Positions 38,698 through 48,815 of a stretch of 64,000 nt of DNA are shown one piece after another. The stretch comes from a virus (Duplodnaviria; Heunggongvirae; Uroviricota; Caudoviricetes), in the IMG/VR virus record IMGVR_UViG_3300046315_000035. One strand, 5' to 3'. The position numbers were made by a program, and so were the translations under genes. A model generated the notes under the pieces. It saw only the letters and a program-made list of their open reading frames with translations. It had not been told where the DNA came from and did not search any database. Each line of letters opens with the position of its first letter. The first letter of the stretch is position 1.

Positions 38698-39017
38698 TCC
38701 TACTCCTTAGTTATAGTTCAGTACATTCCGTATCTTAGAGTAGAGTCCTGCAATTACGCCGACTTTTCGTCCCAAATAGTAAACCACGTTCGTTTACCCA
38801 ACCTGAAATATACTGAACTATAACCTCTGGTCCCTAAACCAGTATTATAGTGTCTTATTACATCCGGACGACAATCCTTTGGTCTAGAAATCCGTATACG
38901 AAGTCCACCATCACTCGTATATTTTACCCATATGTGGCAAGATTTATGCTCATATGGCGCTGAAGTGTGCTGTTAACTCTAGGGATATGAGCAACAAGCA
39001 TAGCGGGACTAATTATT

Positions 39018-39092
39018 TGGTACGGCGTAGTGGAATCGAACCACTATTGAATGCTTAGAAGGCACTTGCACTATCCGTTGTACTAACGCCGT
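39018..39092 (-). tRNA. tRNA-Arg (anticodon TCT)
   Basis: Perfect acceptor stem ACGGCGT/ACGCCGT, anticodon arm AGTGC-CTTCTAA-GCATT, T-arm AGTGG-TTCGATT-CCACT and an encoded CCA. Confidence 0.8.
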
Positions 39093-39119
39093 TTAAATAT
39101 GGTCAAGATTTACCTATGT

Positions 39120-39149
39120 ATTCTAACAGAAATCAATCCATTGAGTCAA
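39120..39149 (-). promoter_or_regulatory. sigma70-like promoter TTGACT-18-TAGAAT for tRNA-Arg (minus strand)
   Basis: On the minus strand the sequence reads TTGACTCAATGGATTGATTTCTGTTAGAAT, about 25 nt upstream of the tRNA 5' end. Confidence 0.45.
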
Positions 39150-39234
39150 TAGGTCTATGCTTTGCAACTCGTTTATCTTGATGCTGTTACAGCTTCCGAG
39201 TGTAGCTAAGGTGCGACCTTAGCATCAACCTCAA

Positions 39235-39426
39235 TTATACATCAATTTCCAACTCCATGTCAACATTTCGCAAAATATTTTCTTTGATATTTAACCTAGC
39301 TAATTCGTTAAGATCGGACTGAGGCATACTCATACTAGATCGAAGTATACCATATTTATCAAACTGTTGCAACGTCTGATACTCTTTATCGTACTTGTAC
39401 TGGTAACTCATAGTTCCATCCTTCAA
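39235..39426 (-). CDS. hypothetical small protein
   Basis: 63 aa. Confidence 0.35.
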   Translation of the reverse strand: MKDGTMSYQYKYDKEYQTLQQFDKYGILRSSMSMPQSDLNELARLNIKENILRNVDMELEIDV

Positions 39427-39589
39427 TATCGTGTGTTTTAAAAGTAGCTTTTGACATGCTAATTACATGCTTAGGTAGCTGCTTATGAGTACCAGCAAAC
39501 CATTCATCTTCAAAGCAGCATTGTATCTTAGCAAGGTCATGTTCGTATATTGTATCATACACCCAAAACGGTAAAGCACCCCAACTCAT
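39386..39589 (-). CDS. hypothetical small protein
   Basis: 67 aa. Confidence 0.35.
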   Translation of the reverse strand: MSWGALPFWVYDTIYEHDLAKIQCCFEDEWFAGTHKQLPKHVISMSKATFKTHDIEGWNYELPVQVR

Positions 39590-39798
39590 AATTTCTCAGT
39601 AAAATTACGTTTAAGTTCAATTGCAGCATGTTTGTAATAGTTATGAGCACCTTGTGCCTTTGCATCCATCATTAGAAGCTTAAAACAGCACTCATCAACT
39701 ATCATCTCAGCAAACTTTTCTAATTTAGTTGGTAAACCCTCTGGATTATACGTTGGTAATCCAACTTTACTAGCAATTTCTTTAATTCGTTCATTCAT
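39586..39798 (-). CDS. hypothetical small protein
   Basis: 70 aa; overlaps the upstream gene. Confidence 0.35.
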   Translation of the reverse strand: MNERIKEIASKVGLPTYNPEGLPTKLEKFAEMIVDECCFKLLMMDAKAQGAHNYYKHAAIELKRNFTEKL

Positions 39799-39799
39799 G

Positions 39800-41986
39800 T
39801 TAAACCTTTCCGATAACTAGCTTTTCAGCTTCTTGTACATAGTATTCAAAGTCGATATCACCATCAAAGTCTTGCATGTTGTTACAAGTCTTGACATTCC
39901 AAGCGGTATCAATACCAAGTCTACGATCTGACTTATCTTCATTGTCTTCCAATGCTGGCATCAACTTGATTAGTTTACCACCTGACTTAGAAGGGTAGTA
40001 CCTGCAGATGTTTTGTTGTTGCTCTACTCTTGCATCTTCAAATTCTAGCACAAGTTTTGAACTGCGAGGAACTTTTGTGCGTAGCATGAAATCAAAGATG
40101 TTTCCAGCTTCAAAGTGCTCTTTGATAAATTCTCTTACGTCTTTACCATGTAGCATAGCAGCTTCTGCAGCCATTGGAATCACTAGACTACCTTGGTTTT
40201 GATGCCATCCCAAATCTTCGTATTGATATGCACCTTTGCGCTTAACCTTACCATTTGTGTACAACGCAATATAATTATTTACGTCTCTAATATACATGTT
40301 CTTGTAATCCACAAACTCTAGCTCAAGCTTTACATCCTTTTGCCATTGATCGCAAATCGCATTATACTGCTCTTCACTGTCTCGTGTCATAGCTACAGTC
40401 AAACCATCGGTGTTTAGCTGCACTAATTTTAGCTTTGGAATCTGTAACAAACGATCCGCAAGCATCAACAAAGACAACTGACCGTTGATGGTAATTGACA
40501 TTGTAAACTTCGGGTCATAGAACACAGAGTATTTATCGTTGCTTTTACCATAAGTACCGTTGAGTGCAAGTTTGAGCATTGCATTCTCAGGAGTATTCTT
40601 TGCATATGACTTACGCTGTTCATACATGTCTTGATAAATCACACAGAACTCTGCACCTAAATGCTCAGGATAAATCTTATTTGAGATAGCGATGTTTGGA
40701 TACATTGAGCTAACATCAGCATCACGAAGCATGTAGGTTTTACCTGCACTAGCAATTCGTTCAGATAATGAAGCATGTACACCACCTACACCAAAATCAA
40801 TGCGATAACCGTCTACAAGGACGTTTAGTGTCTCAGCAATACGGTAGCATCCCCAATAGGATTTCTTGGGTACTCTGACCTTCTTAGGCTTCTTACCAAG
40901 GTCTGGACAACCATCTGCATCCAATACGTACTCAGTTACATGCTGACCGTTTGCATCAAACAGATATTCTGTAGCTTTGAGTTCTTCTACTTCAATCCAA
41001 CCCATAGGATGTTGATTCTTGAAGTCATCATTATCTCGTTCAGTTGGAGCACCTTTAAACTTCTTACGCTTTACAGTAAGGTTTGCATACTTTGCAACTT
41101 CACCAAGATTATGCTCTTCAATATCTGAAAACACACCCTTAGTCTCAGTGATTACCTGCTTAGAAAACCAATCATAAACAGCTTGGAATTCTGGACGATC
41201 AAACTTATAGTATTTGAACAAACAGTCTTTAATTGCAATCTTGTCTCGCTTGGTTTGCATCATGACTTTCTTACCGTCTTTGAACGTGTGCAGCTTAACA
41301 CCTGAATCCTCAAGCTTCATTTGAAAGTATTCTGCACCAATCTTAGTGTCATCAGCATTGGTAAAGTCACGACCAAGTTTGATACTCAGATTATCCCTGA
41401 ATTCAATTTGTGTAAGAGACTTAAGATAAAATGCAAGCGTACATCGCACATCGTGCATGTTGTATGTTTTGAGTCTGTCAATCTCATCACCTGTTAATTC
41501 TGCATCTACAGCATAAGGCAAGTCTTCGATGTTATCCATACGCATGTTGAATTCTAGCATCTTAAGACCAGTGGCTTTTGCTTTGTTATTAAAGTGATGA
41601 ATGCGATACAGGTCAACTTGCTTGATAACTTGTTCATCAGTTTTGATGCTATGACCAAATCCGTTATCCTTGAAGGAGTCAATCTGTTTTTGTGCAAGCT
41701 TGTATACAGCAGCAGCAACTTGCTTACCACTCTTAGCTTCCCAAGACCTACGATTGGTCAAAACTTCATGCAAGATTGGATAGTCGAATCCTACGTTGTT
41801 AAAGCCTACCAAACGACCTGTAGTGGCTTCAATGTGATCTACACAAGCGTAGATACGGTCAAGTTCATTTGTACGCTCAGAAACCTCAAATACTCGTGGA
41901 AACTTACCATCTGCACGAATGACAGCAAACGTAAAAGCTGACTTATATGTCTCAAGGTCATAAATCCAGTCTTTTGTCAAATCCAT
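39800..41986 (-). CDS. DNA polymerase, family B type with N-terminal 3'-5' exonuclease
   Basis: Exonuclease motifs YDLET, GFNNVGFDYPIL and YNMHDV. Polymerase motifs DADVSSMYPNIAIS (DxxSLYPS-like), KLALNGTYGKS (KxxxNSxYG-like) and QLNTDGL. Confidence 0.75.
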   Translation of the reverse strand: MDLTKDWIYDLETYKSAFTFAVIRADGKFPRVFEVSERTNELDRIYACVDHIEATTGRLVGFNNVGFDYPILHEVLTNRRSWEAKSGKQVAAAVYKLAQKQIDSFKDNGFGHSIKTDEQVIKQVDLYRIHHFNNKAKATGLKMLEFNMRMDNIEDLPYAVDAELTGDEIDRLKTYNMHDVRCTLAFYLKSLTQIEFRDNLSIKLGRDFTNADDTKIGAEYFQMKLEDSGVKLHTFKDGKKVMMQTKRDKIAIKDCLFKYYKFDRPEFQAVYDWFSKQVITETKGVFSDIEEHNLGEVAKYANLTVKRKKFKGAPTERDNDDFKNQHPMGWIEVEELKATEYLFDANGQHVTEYVLDADGCPDLGKKPKKVRVPKKSYWGCYRIAETLNVLVDGYRIDFGVGGVHASLSERIASAGKTYMLRDADVSSMYPNIAISNKIYPEHLGAEFCVIYQDMYEQRKSYAKNTPENAMLKLALNGTYGKSNDKYSVFYDPKFTMSITINGQLSLLMLADRLLQIPKLKLVQLNTDGLTVAMTRDSEEQYNAICDQWQKDVKLELEFVDYKNMYIRDVNNYIALYTNGKVKRKGAYQYEDLGWHQNQGSLVIPMAAEAAMLHGKDVREFIKEHFEAGNIFDFMLRTKVPRSSKLVLEFEDARVEQQQNICRYYPSKSGGKLIKLMPALEDNEDKSDRRLGIDTAWNVKTCNNMQDFDGDIDFEYYVQEAEKLVIGKV

Positions 41987-42001
41987 TTATAGTTCTCCAA
42001 T

Positions 42002-42033
42002 AAAGAAAACCTAGAGTCTATCACAACTCTAGG
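42002..42033 (-). terminator. hairpin + T-tract between helicase and polymerase genes (minus strand)
   Basis: Stem cctagagt / actctagg followed by ttttcttt on the minus strand. Confidence 0.4.
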
Positions 42034-42046
42034 TCTACGTCAAGCT

Positions 42047-43780
42047 TTAATTGTTATTGTTCAACCAGTCATCCAAGTTGTGCAATGTGTGAGTGTCGTT
42101 ATCGTAGTAAACGTTACCAGCAGGTCCTGTCAATCCACAAATGCGATTCTTACTTAGTACAACCTTGGTAGTGTTTCGTTCAGTTGCATCTTCTGCGTAC
42201 TTATTTCTACTTAACAAAATGTTAGCTGAAGCTGACTTAATGATAGTAGAGCTACCTTGAATTTCTTCTTCACCGAATGTAGCACCTTGTGATGAATTCT
42301 GAGCACCAGAAGCTGACTTACGAACGTGATTAATAAAGATCAAAGTAACGTTATGACTCTTGATGATACCTTTGGCCCACTTCATGAATAACGCTTGGTC
42401 TTCATTGGATAGTCCATCTAAGATATCTTGCAAAGGATCAAGTACGATAATTCTGCAACCGCATGATACCACAAGCTCTTCTACTGTATCTTGAATCTCT
42501 TCGATTGTACCATCACGGTTATCGAGTAGATAGAAACGATGTTGACCATCTTCATTGTAGAAAAGCTCATTTGCCTTCTCACGTACTTTATCAGACTCCA
42601 ACAAGTCTTTCTTAGCTTCATCATCTTGAATCAACGAGATTTTACGACTAAGGTGTCTACCCAATAGTGTTTCACCATATTGACCAGAATCCAACTCCAT
42701 TGAAACAATACCAATTTTATGCGGTGAGTTAAAAATCCAGTGATAAACCATTTCGTTAACAAAGGATGTTTTACCAAGACCAGTACCTGCAGCAATGTTG
42801 ATGATGTGTCCCAAAGGTAAACCACCGACAAGCATTTCGTTGAGTGTATTCATGAAGTGCGGAAATGGTACTTTTGGTACAGCAGCTTGCGCTAGGATTT
42901 TATCGTACAGTTCACCACTACCCAATACACCAACAGGAGTATATCGTTTAGCTTCATAGAAGTTACGAATAAATTCATCTTCCTTACCTTCTTCAAGATA
43001 AGTATTAGGGTCTTTGTATCGCATGTGCATGATCTTGACCTTACCCTTTGGTAAAGCCTTGACTACGTTTTCAGTTGCTTCTTTACCAGCTTTATCATTG
43101 TCATAGCAAACAACAATTTGATCAAAGCTATCAAAGAAACGATACTGCGCTGCAATTTGTTTATGTGAGTTAGCACCTGTAGTTGGACTAACGACAGCCA
43201 TCTCATAATCACCACCACGAGATTTATTGTAGTCAGCAAACATCTGATATGCAGATAGTGCATCAAGTTCACCTTCGGTAATCAACACATACTTGCCACC
43301 ACGATTAAACTTAAACTGCATGAACAGTTCGCAGTCAGCACCAGTACGACCTTTAGAATAAAAGTTCTTTGGTACTTCACGGATTTTGTATCCTACGATT
43401 TGACCATCTTGTGTAGTTGGGTAGTATTGCTCTTCTACTTCTTCATTATCATCATAAGAATATCGAACTCCAAATGGTTTTGTAGTTTCATCTTTGAGTC
43501 CACGAAAACCTTTACCTGACACACCAGTTGCGAATTTAATATCTGAATTCTCATCGGGTGTCATAGCGGGTTTACTACTTGGTTTAACTTCCATACTTTT
43601 TTCTTCCTTTGATGTTGATGATCTTACTTTGGATTTCTTCTTGGAATTTTGTTCCTTGAATTCATCCGAAGGTACAGTATGCTCACAGACAAAGCAGTGC
43701 GTGGACTTATCCTCATACACTGCTCTGCCATCAGATGAACCACACTCGTCACAATTGATGTGTTTGATAAATGCTGCCAA
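42047..43780 (-). CDS. bifunctional primase-helicase (T7 gp4-like)
   Basis: N-terminal zinc ribbon CDECGSS...CFVCEH, a TOPRIM-like ITEGELDALS, and a Walker A AAGTGLGKTS in a DnaB-type helicase half. TTG start with an AAGGGG RBS. Confidence 0.8.
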   Translation of the reverse strand: MAAFIKHINCDECGSSDGRAVYEDKSTHCFVCEHTVPSDEFKEQNSKKKSKVRSSTSKEEKSMEVKPSSKPAMTPDENSDIKFATGVSGKGFRGLKDETTKPFGVRYSYDDNEEVEEQYYPTTQDGQIVGYKIREVPKNFYSKGRTGADCELFMQFKFNRGGKYVLITEGELDALSAYQMFADYNKSRGGDYEMAVVSPTTGANSHKQIAAQYRFFDSFDQIVVCYDNDKAGKEATENVVKALPKGKVKIMHMRYKDPNTYLEEGKEDEFIRNFYEAKRYTPVGVLGSGELYDKILAQAAVPKVPFPHFMNTLNEMLVGGLPLGHIINIAAGTGLGKTSFVNEMVYHWIFNSPHKIGIVSMELDSGQYGETLLGRHLSRKISLIQDDEAKKDLLESDKVREKANELFYNEDGQHRFYLLDNRDGTIEEIQDTVEELVVSCGCRIIVLDPLQDILDGLSNEDQALFMKWAKGIIKSHNVTLIFINHVRKSASGAQNSSQGATFGEEEIQGSSTIIKSASANILLSRNKYAEDATERNTTKVVLSKNRICGLTGPAGNVYYDNDTHTLHNLDDWLNNNN

Positions 43781-43789
43781 TTCTACCCC

Positions 43790-44836
43790 TTATTCATTTT
43801 TGAGCAACCAACTGTTACTCACACACTTGAATGATCGATCATGCACAGTGTTACTCTTAAACACAATACCTTCACGGTTACTGCCGTTGATTAAAGACTT
43901 ACCTTCTGCGTATTCCAAGATACTTTGAATCGTTTGTTCTTTAATCTCAGTGGCTTCTACAATGACAGGCACATGCTTTAACCCAAGCTTTTCACACGCT
44001 GCTTTAAGTTGTACAGGCAAGATGTATTGCCCTGTATGAGTATTGTACATGTCGTAAACGTAGAAGTCAAGCTGTACTTTGTACTGATTACCTTGAATAC
44101 CTTCACCGATCATTTCACCTTGAATTGCCATACCTAGCATAGAATTCCTACGCATGATATCTTCAATTTGAAACTTACGTGCTACTTTCCAGAATGAATT
44201 TGCTTCGTCTTCTTTCAAGTCTAAGTTACGTGAGCATACATGAAATACACCTTCGTCATCAAGATAGAATGTGCAAGATGAACCATCAAGTTTTTCTGTG
44301 ATTGACCACGTATCAAGCTGATATTGCTCAAAAGATCGTGTCAAGTTTTGGATACGCTCTTGATCAGTCTTTGGTACAAGCGCAGGGAAATTACCTCGTG
44401 CCATACCAGCGAGTTGAGCATTCATTGGGCGTTCCCATTTGAGAATACCCAAGTGTTCTGTCAGGTCTAAACCTTCACTGATAAGAATACCTGCACCTTT
44501 GATGGTATCTTCTGGAATAGGTAACAGTAGTCCTTGTGAGATTTGACCACGTAGTTTTACTGTACGTAGACGTTCACCTTTAACACCTTCAAATTCACGA
44601 GGTTCTTTACCTTTGGATAGGAATGGTGCAAGTTCTGTTGGAACCCAAGAATCAATTTCGAGGTACACGGCGAGTGAATCAACTGCAAATTCACCCTTCT
44701 TTACTACGACTTTCCAACCATCGACTACAGCGACTTCAATAGCGTCTGCACCTTCGATGGGTTCAATTGCTGCGATTTTACGAATAGTTGCTAATTTACG
44801 TTCTGTCATTTGTTTCTCCTTTTCTGTTTCCGTCAA
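43790..44836 (-). CDS. ATP-dependent ligase with N-terminal OB-like domain (RNA ligase-like, DraRnl type)
   Basis: Motif I EKLDGSS (KxDG). The N-terminus RKLATIRKI..IEPIEGADAIEVAVVDGWKVVVKKGEF is typical of OB-NTase RNA ligases. Confidence 0.5.
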   Translation of the reverse strand: MTETEKEKQMTERKLATIRKIAAIEPIEGADAIEVAVVDGWKVVVKKGEFAVDSLAVYLEIDSWVPTELAPFLSKGKEPREFEGVKGERLRTVKLRGQISQGLLLPIPEDTIKGAGILISEGLDLTEHLGILKWERPMNAQLAGMARGNFPALVPKTDQERIQNLTRSFEQYQLDTWSITEKLDGSSCTFYLDDEGVFHVCSRNLDLKEDEANSFWKVARKFQIEDIMRRNSMLGMAIQGEMIGEGIQGNQYKVQLDFYVYDMYNTHTGQYILPVQLKAACEKLGLKHVPVIVEATEIKEQTIQSILEYAEGKSLINGSNREGIVFKSNTVHDRSFKCVSNSWLLKNE

Positions 44837-44875
44837 AATATCATAAATCGTCTTTATGCCGGATATCGACTGTAA

Positions 44876-45439
44876 TTAATTCCCATGTCTCTGTGTGTAA
44901 CCTGCACCAAGAGAGTTTAACAATTCTAACTGTTCTTTTCTCCAGTTGCAAGCCTTTTGAAAAGCTTTTTCTTTATTTAATGTGAAATTAAACTTTTTAC
45001 GTACAAGTTTACCATCTAAACCAGATACAAATGCTTCATAGTAAGTGTATTCACCACTGTTTGCAGATGTTAAGCATACACCAACAACACCTGTTTTATT
45101 TCTTGGTGAAATTTTAACATTTCTTGCATTATCTACAAAGTCTACTTCACGTAAATTATCTATTTTGTTATTGAAAGGATTACCATCAATATGATCAATA
45201 ATTTTAGTTACTTTTCTTCCTGTATGTATTTCCCACACAAGATTATGAGCATAATAGGTTTTCTTATTAAAGCAAATTCTTATACATTTTGGATCACCAT
45301 TTTTCCTAAATGTAAAAGAACCAACATCGTCAAGCTCTGACCATACTATCCTACCATTCCATAAAACTCTATTTTTAATAGCAATTAAATTAGTTATAGA
45401 ACTTTCATTGTATTCAATATATTCAAATATCTCGTTCAT
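44876..45439 (-). CDS. HNH homing endonuclease (HNH + AP2-like DNA-binding domain)
   Basis: AHNLVWEIHTG...IDHIDGNPFNNKIDNLR is an HNH_3-type motif. It is inserted between the two ligase genes. Confidence 0.65.
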   Translation of the reverse strand: MNEIFEYIEYNESSITNLIAIKNRVLWNGRIVWSELDDVGSFTFRKNGDPKCIRICFNKKTYYAHNLVWEIHTGRKVTKIIDHIDGNPFNNKIDNLREVDFVDNARNVKISPRNKTGVVGVCLTSANSGEYTYYEAFVSGLDGKLVRKKFNFTLNKEKAFQKACNWRKEQLELLNSLGAGYTQRHGN

Positions 45440-46328
45440 CTCTTAATCCTAAAAATATCGGGAATCTAGGAGTTTTGTATCCTGTTCCAACATCAAAATA
45501 CTTAACTTTTGCAAGTTGACCTGACAATGTTTCTCTACGTTCCCACAAATCAGCACGAATAGCATCAGTCATACCGCTGCCACAACTGAATGTATCGCCT
45601 TTAGAGGTGCGTAGAATTAACGATCCCATTGTGTCTAGGGCTACCATACCATCTTTAGCTGTAGAACGTGCTGTGCGCCCTAATTCATTTGTCTTTGCTT
45701 CATTGGTATTGGTGTACTTAGGCTCCCAACCAATGATTTCAAATTCATTGTCTACAAAGCGTTTGACCTTCTGCAGTTCTGGATTCTTAGTCCCAGAGCG
45801 ACCGCACTTATATTTAGCATCAGTATCACGAATCATAACACCTTCTGCACCTTGAGCAAGCATTTCAGCTTCAAATTCATCAAGCTGTTCATCGCATGAT
45901 ATGGAATAGTGCTGCAATACTTCTACTCGCAATGGCAAACGATCATCACGATCTAGATTAACCAAACGTGCATAACGCTCAAGCCAAGTAGCTGTAGGAT
46001 GCCAACGATCAAATACCCAAAAGGTAAACTCAGGTTCACCCTCAATACGCATGACTCCAGAAGTGCTTTGGTTAAATACATCGGGTGCATTCTTATTGCC
46101 AACGATAAGTTCACCATCCATACCTTCCAAGATGTGTGCCCAATAGTTAACATAAGCTTGAATGCTCAAGTTTGGAATACGCTTAAGACTACGTGAGTAA
46201 GCTACACCACCGAAGACAATGCAGCGAATACCGTCAAGCTTTTCAGACATGTACATGTTTGTTGGTTGTGTTTTAACCTTGGTTTGCTCGATTGCAAGTT
46301 GTGGCTTAAAGCCTTCTGGAATTGTCAT
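45423..46328 (-). CDS. ATP-dependent DNA ligase
   Basis: Motif I SEKLDGIR (KxDGxR) followed by the conserved ligase NTase-OB layout; 301 aa. Confidence 0.7.
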   Translation of the reverse strand: MTIPEGFKPQLAIEQTKVKTQPTNMYMSEKLDGIRCIVFGGVAYSRSLKRIPNLSIQAYVNYWAHILEGMDGELIVGNKNAPDVFNQSTSGVMRIEGEPEFTFWVFDRWHPTATWLERYARLVNLDRDDRLPLRVEVLQHYSISCDEQLDEFEAEMLAQGAEGVMIRDTDAKYKCGRSGTKNPELQKVKRFVDNEFEIIGWEPKYTNTNEAKTNELGRTARSTAKDGMVALDTMGSLILRTSKGDTFSCGSGMTDAIRADLWERRETLSGQLAKVKYFDVGTGYKTPRFPIFLGLRDERDI

Positions 46329-46454
46329 CGTTGCACCACCTGTAAGATCATGTTAATACCTTGGATAACCATCTGTTGCTCCATTGGATTCAACTGATGC
46401 CATGTACGCTTGTCACCGAACTTTGCAGCTACTGCAGACCAAAATTTTTCTACG

Positions 46455-46874
46455 TCAGACATGATTTTCCTTTCGATAAGCTAACTCTTGTTTCATCAAG
46501 TCTTCTACGTAAGTTCCCTTGATGTGCGTTTGAGTCTCAAGTATAGCAGCAATATGATCATCTTCCATATCGCACAAGCAAATATATTTTCCGTATGGTA
46601 GAAGCTCACCGTACTTACCGTAGGACTTCCACACAAAAGCTTCACGAATAGTCTCAAAAGGATCACTTAGGTATACATCCATTGCTGTAGCAGGTGTTGT
46701 ATTTACGCTACGGCGCAAGTAATCATTACCACCGTCTACTACATAAGTTTCACCAGAAAACTTATCTGTATATTCTTTGTAGTCATGTCTGTGGTAACTA
46801 CGCAGGTAAGTACCATCGGGTGTCATGATAGCGTTGCAAATAATAGTTTCACTCTTCGGTTTCATCTTCGTCAC
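46455..46874 (-). CDS. hypothetical protein
   Basis: 139 aa; no motif. Confidence 0.4.
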   Translation of the reverse strand: MTKMKPKSETIICNAIMTPDGTYLRSYHRHDYKEYTDKFSGETYVVDGGNDYLRRSVNTTPATAMDVYLSDPFETIREAFVWKSYGKYGELLPYGKYICLCDMEDDHIAAILETQTHIKGTYVEDLMKQELAYRKENHV

Positions 46875-47060
46875 TCCATACTTCTACAATTTCAGGATCA
46901 TGTGCTGTTCGATCAAAGAATTGTAATGCATATTTGATAGCTTCAGCTTCACTGCACACATCATCAATTACCAGTGTTTCTTCAACTTTGACAGTTACAA
47001 AATATTCCATAGTTCCTCCAAACTTTAAATAATAAAAGGAGAGCCGAAGCCCTCCCTGTG

Positions 47061-47861
47061 TTACTTACCAATCGAAACCATTCCCTTGAAATCCATTGGC
47101 ACAACAATAGTCTGTACACGACCTGCTGCAATACCTTCTGCAATCTTCATTTGGGCTTGGGCTTGCATATAAGCGATAGATTGACCAGAGTTAGAACTCA
47201 GTGCAGCCATACGCTCAGATTCTTTCTTAGCGATATCAACTTCAGTTTGCTTAATCTTTAGTTCGTTTTGAGCACGAACATAGTTGGTAGCAGACTGCAG
47301 GATTTCAGCGTTAGGTAGAATATTACGAACTTGCACTACAGTCAATGATACAGCATTATCCAGCTTTTCAGCTTTAAGTTGTTCATGTACGGTATCACGA
47401 ATTTGCTCTTCGATCTTAGCACGATTGTCTGCAACTTCAAGCGATTTATAACCACGTACAACCTTATAAGCTGCGTTGTTAACAAGAGTGCTCATGTACG
47501 AATGCATCAGATAAATATCACCCTTGTGCTCAGAATGAAAGCTGCGACTCTTGGTAGAGTACAGTTCAGCAACTGAAGTAGGATTCAAACCGTAGACAAC
47601 TGTAATATCAAAGTCTGCAAGAGCACTATTGTCTGCAGTCATTGGTGTTTTATTGTCAAGTGTAACAGAGATATCTTTAGTTGGGAATGTAAGCACAGAA
47701 CCGACCATTGTTTGATTCCATGAACCGGGTGGTAGCTCGGAGCCTTCAATCTGTTTTGATGCATTGACCCGTACACCAACTTCACCAGTCTCAATGCGAG
47801 TGCAACCTACAGAAGCCAACGCAACTGCAACAGCAAGAATAATACCTTTAATAAATTTCAT
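47061..47861 (-). CDS. SPFH/band-7 domain lipoprotein
   Basis: Signal peptide with lipobox-like LASVGC. The SPFH core (TFPTKDISVTLD...DITVVYGLN) is followed by a coiled coil. Confidence 0.55.
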   Translation of the reverse strand: MKFIKGIILAVAVALASVGCTRIETGEVGVRVNASKQIEGSELPPGSWNQTMVGSVLTFPTKDISVTLDNKTPMTADNSALADFDITVVYGLNPTSVAELYSTKSRSFHSEHKGDIYLMHSYMSTLVNNAAYKVVRGYKSLEVADNRAKIEEQIRDTVHEQLKAEKLDNAVSLTVVQVRNILPNAEILQSATNYVRAQNELKIKQTEVDIAKKESERMAALSSNSGQSIAYMQAQAQMKIAEGIAAGRVQTIVVPMDFKGMVSIGK

Positions 47862-48049
47862 AAATACTCCTTTGATTAAAACAAAATAACAATGCCAGCC
47901 AGAATTGACGAAGCAATGAACCCGAAGAACAGCAAGTATAGCACAGTTTTAACTGCTTTCCACTTTGAAGATGCATCTGACTCCTTAAAAAAAGAAAAAT
48001 ACACCAGCTACAATCAGCGTCACTAATGATAGCACAAAAATTAGTTTGA

Positions 48050-48217
48050 TCATTTATTAGACTCCTTATATTCAGCATCCCAACGAATTACGCACTCGAT
48101 ACAAGCCCATTCACCACCCTCTTCCGGTGTCGGATAGTTTTCTTGCGTGAAAACTTTACGGCAGAAATCACAACACTCTGGAATACCACCCCGCAATTGT
48201 GCAATTAAATCAATCAT
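48050..48217 (-). CDS. small Cys-rich protein (55 aa, zinc-ribbon-like)
   Basis: Found by hand. MIDLIAQLRGGIPECCDFCRK...EWACIECVIRW, with its stop overlapping the next gene's start. Confidence 0.35.
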   Translation of the reverse strand: MIDLIAQLRGGIPECCDFCRKVFTQENYPTPEEGGEWACIECVIRWDAEYKESNK

Positions 48218-48507
48218 GAATTTTTCTGCTTGAGTTGAATTTCAATTTCTCGGGCAAACTTAAACACAGCAAACCGATCTTGCGGTCGCAGTGTTTGGTA
48301 ATGGCCTGTTGTTTCGTATGCTCTGACAATTTCGTCATCGTCTAGTCCAAGCCATTGCTTTGCTTCCAACCGATCATTACGAGCACGTAACAAACGATTC
48401 TCCTGCTCTAGTTCATCAATAGCTTCATTACGACCAGTCTGATAACCTTCATTATAACCAACTGAATACTCTTCATTCATAGTTTCTCCTTTTGCAGCTT
48501 TATTCAA
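48214..48507 (-). CDS. hypothetical protein
   Basis: 97 aa. Confidence 0.4.
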   Translation of the reverse strand: MNKAAKGETMNEEYSVGYNEGYQTGRNEAIDELEQENRLLRARNDRLEAKQWLGLDDDEIVRAYETTGHYQTLRPQDRFAVFKFAREIEIQLKQKNS

Positions 48508-48815
48508 AGCTTTTCCATCTTAATATTACGAAGGGAAGGACTCTTACGCATCTGCATCAAATGCCAGCTTGCACTTTTATCATCACAAGCGTAAGAACGA
48601 TTTGAGATTGTACCATCGTTCTTAACTTCTTGCCATGTTAGACGAATGTTTTTAATGTCTTTTGCTTTTAGCTTCAAGGTAGTTCTCCTAGTTCTTTCAA
48701 CAATTTATTTAACACAAGTGACAACTGATAGTCTCTTTCGCTCTTAGGTTCATAGTGACCACCACAACATAAGATATATGCACTTTGAATTCGTGCGATA
48801 GCTTCTTGGTAATTA

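Noticed and set aside
47848-48078. ORF-track ORF of 76 aa on the minus strand.
   Set aside because: The product is Cys-rich and low-complexity, and it overlaps better-supported small genes. It is replaced by the hand-found 48050-48217 ORF; it is probably spurious.
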